Shown one piece after another: positions 62,569-64,000 of a stretch of 64,000 nucleotides of DNA. Made by a program: the position numbers and the translations under genes. The stretch covers positions 55,221 to 119,220 of the forward strand of contig CAWBFZ010000006.1 of the NCBI GenBank assembly GCA_963788175.1, given 5' to 3'. The notes beneath the pieces were generated by a model. That model was not told the DNA's origin and did not search any database. It saw only the letters and a program-made list of their open reading frames with translations. The DNA comes from Thermoanaerobaculia bacterium. Lineage in GTDB: Bacteria > Acidobacteriota > Thermoanaerobaculia > Multivoradales > JAGPDF01. Within the stretch, counting starts at the first letter, position 1. Every line of letters starts with the position of its first letter.

Positions 62569-64000
62569 ATGCGCGCCGTGACGACCTGCTTCCACTGCGG
62601 CCTGCCGGTGCCCGGATCTGCGGGCGCCTGGAGTGTCGACCTCGACGGCGCCGAGCGTCCGCTCTGTTGCGCCGGTTGCGAGGCGGTGGCGCGGGCGATC
62701 GTCGGCAGCGGCGGCGCCGACTACTACCGGTTGCGGACGGAGCTGCCGCCGCAGGGGCGCGAGCTCGTGCCGGCGTTCCTCGACCAGTTGGCGGTCTACG
62801 ACCACCCGGCCGTCCAGCGCACGATGGTGCGCGATGCCGGCGAGCTCAAGGAGGCGGCGCTGCTGCTCGAGGATCTCTCCTGCGCCGCCTGTGTCTGGCT
62901 CGCCGAGAAGAGTGTCGGCGGGCTCGCCGGGGTGCGCGAGTTCTCGATCAACTACGCCACCCGCCGGGCGCTGGTGCGCTGGGATCCGGCCGTCGCGACG
63001 CTGTCGCGCATCCTCGCGGCGATCGCCGCGATCGGCTTCACCGCCCACCCCTACGATCGCGAGCGCGCGCAGGAGGGTCTGGCGCGCGAGCGCCGCGACC
63101 GCCTGCTGCGCTTCCTGGTCGCCGGGGCGCTCGGCATGCAGGTGATGACCCTCGCGGTCGCCCTCTACGCCGGGGCGTTTTCCGGCATGGAGGCGCCGTT
63201 CCGCCAGTTCTTCCGCTGGGCGAGCCTGCTGCTCTCCGCACCGGTGCTGCTCTACTCGGCGCGGCCGTTCTTCGCCGGTGCGTTGCGGGACCTGACTCAC
63301 CGCCGGGTCGGCATGGACGTGCCGGTCGCCCTCGGCCTGACGCTGGCCTATTTCGGCTCCGTCTGGGCGACGATCGCCGACCGCGGCGAGGTCTACTTCG
63401 ACTCGGTCGTCATGTTCGTCTTCCTCCTCCTCGGCGCGCGCGTCCTCGAGTTGGTGGCCCGCGAGCGCGCCGTGCGCGAGCAGGAGTCGGTGGTGCGCAG
63501 CGCCCCGGCGACCGCCCGGCGGCTGGACACCGGAAACGGCGGGTCGATCGCCGAGACCATCGTCGCCTCCGTCGAGCTCGCGGTCGGCGACCGGGTGCGG
63601 GTCCTCCCCGGGGAGAGTGTGCCGGCCGACGGCATGATCGAGGACGGCCTGTCGTCGCTCGACGAGGCGCTGCTCACCGGCGAAAGCGTGCCGGTGGCGC
63701 GCGCCGCGGGCGAGCGCGTGATCGGCGGGTCGGTGAACGTCGAGAGTCCGCTCATCGTCCGGGTCACGGCGGTGGGCGAGGCGACGGTGCTCTCGGCGCT
63801 GCTGGCGCTGGTCGAGCAGGCGCTTGCCGCGAAGCCGGAGATCGCCCGCGTCGCCGATCGCACCGCGCAGTGGTTCGTGCGCCGGATCCTGGTGCTCGCC
63901 GCGGGCGTCGGCCTCTACTGGGCCTGGGCCGACCCCGAGCGCGTGCTGCCGACGGTGATCGCGGTACTGGTCGTCTCCTGCCCCTGCGCCCTGTCGCTCG
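62569..64000 (+). CDS. ccoI: CcoI/FixI-type heavy-metal (Cu) P1B ATPase, truncated at the window end
   Basis: Read directly (absent from the ORF track because there is no stop): CFHCG...CCAGCEAV...YY, LSCAACVWL, LTGES, SCPCALSL. Confidence 0.88.
   Translation, partial: MRAVTTCFHCGLPVPGSAGAWSVDLDGAERPLCCAGCEAVARAIVGSGGADYYRLRTELPPQGRELVPAFLDQLAVYDHPAVQRTMVRDAGELKEAALLLEDLSCAACVWLAEKSVGGLAGVREFSINYATRRALVRWDPAVATLSRILAAIAAIGFTAHPYDRERAQEGLARERRDRLLRFLVAGALGMQVMTLAVALYAGAFSGMEAPFRQFFRWASLLLSAPVLLYSARPFFAGALRDLTHRRVGMDVPVALGLTLAYFGSVWATIADRGEVYFDSVVMFVFLLLGARVLELVARERAVREQESVVRSAPATARRLDTGNGGSIAETIVASVELAVGDRVRVLPGESVPADGMIEDGLSSLDEALLTGESVPVARAAGERVIGGSVNVESPLIVRVTAVGEATVLSALLALVEQALAAKPEIARVADRTAQWFVRRILVLAAGVGLYWAWADPERVLPTVIAVLVVSCPCALSL

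Overview
GC-rich bacterial chromosomal window. Gene content is compatible with Acidobacteriota (e.g. Thermoanaerobaculia), but that is inference only. Housekeeping and respiratory genes: mqnD, cdd, sucCD, ndk, bcp, msrBA, purE, murF, icd, and a cbb3 oxidase cluster ccoNOQP-ccoG-fixH with a divergent ccoI-type ATPase. The standout is a ~20.5 kb minus-strand island (11.5-32 kb). It holds two paralogous giant multiheme c-type cytochromes built from a 70-aa/3-heme tandem repeat (28 and ~49 CXXCH counted by hand across frameshifts), a beta-barrel porin with three repeated N-terminal domains, a complete ccmABCDEFGHI set, a His-rich inner-membrane protein, a 20-heme cytochrome and a membrane-anchored FeS/FAD/NAD(P) oxidoreductase, and it ends in an RNase-toxin/CdiI-like pair. 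Together these look like a complete cytoplasm-to-exterior electron conduit. A second unusual operon (38.5-47.5 kb) couples a split corrinoid methyltransferase (corrinoid protein, homocysteine methyltransferase, MetH activation domain, non-pyrrolysine MttB) to LeuB-like, HMG-CoA-lyase-like, family III CoA-transferase and LeuCD-like enzymes. REP-like GGGACA palindromes occur between genes and in frame inside a NUDIX gene. Many genes at 12.8-33 kb, 37.7-38.7 kb and 48.7-50.8 kb carry single-base frameshifts, most likely long-read errors, so those proteins were stitched by eye across frames and their coordinates and counts are approximate.
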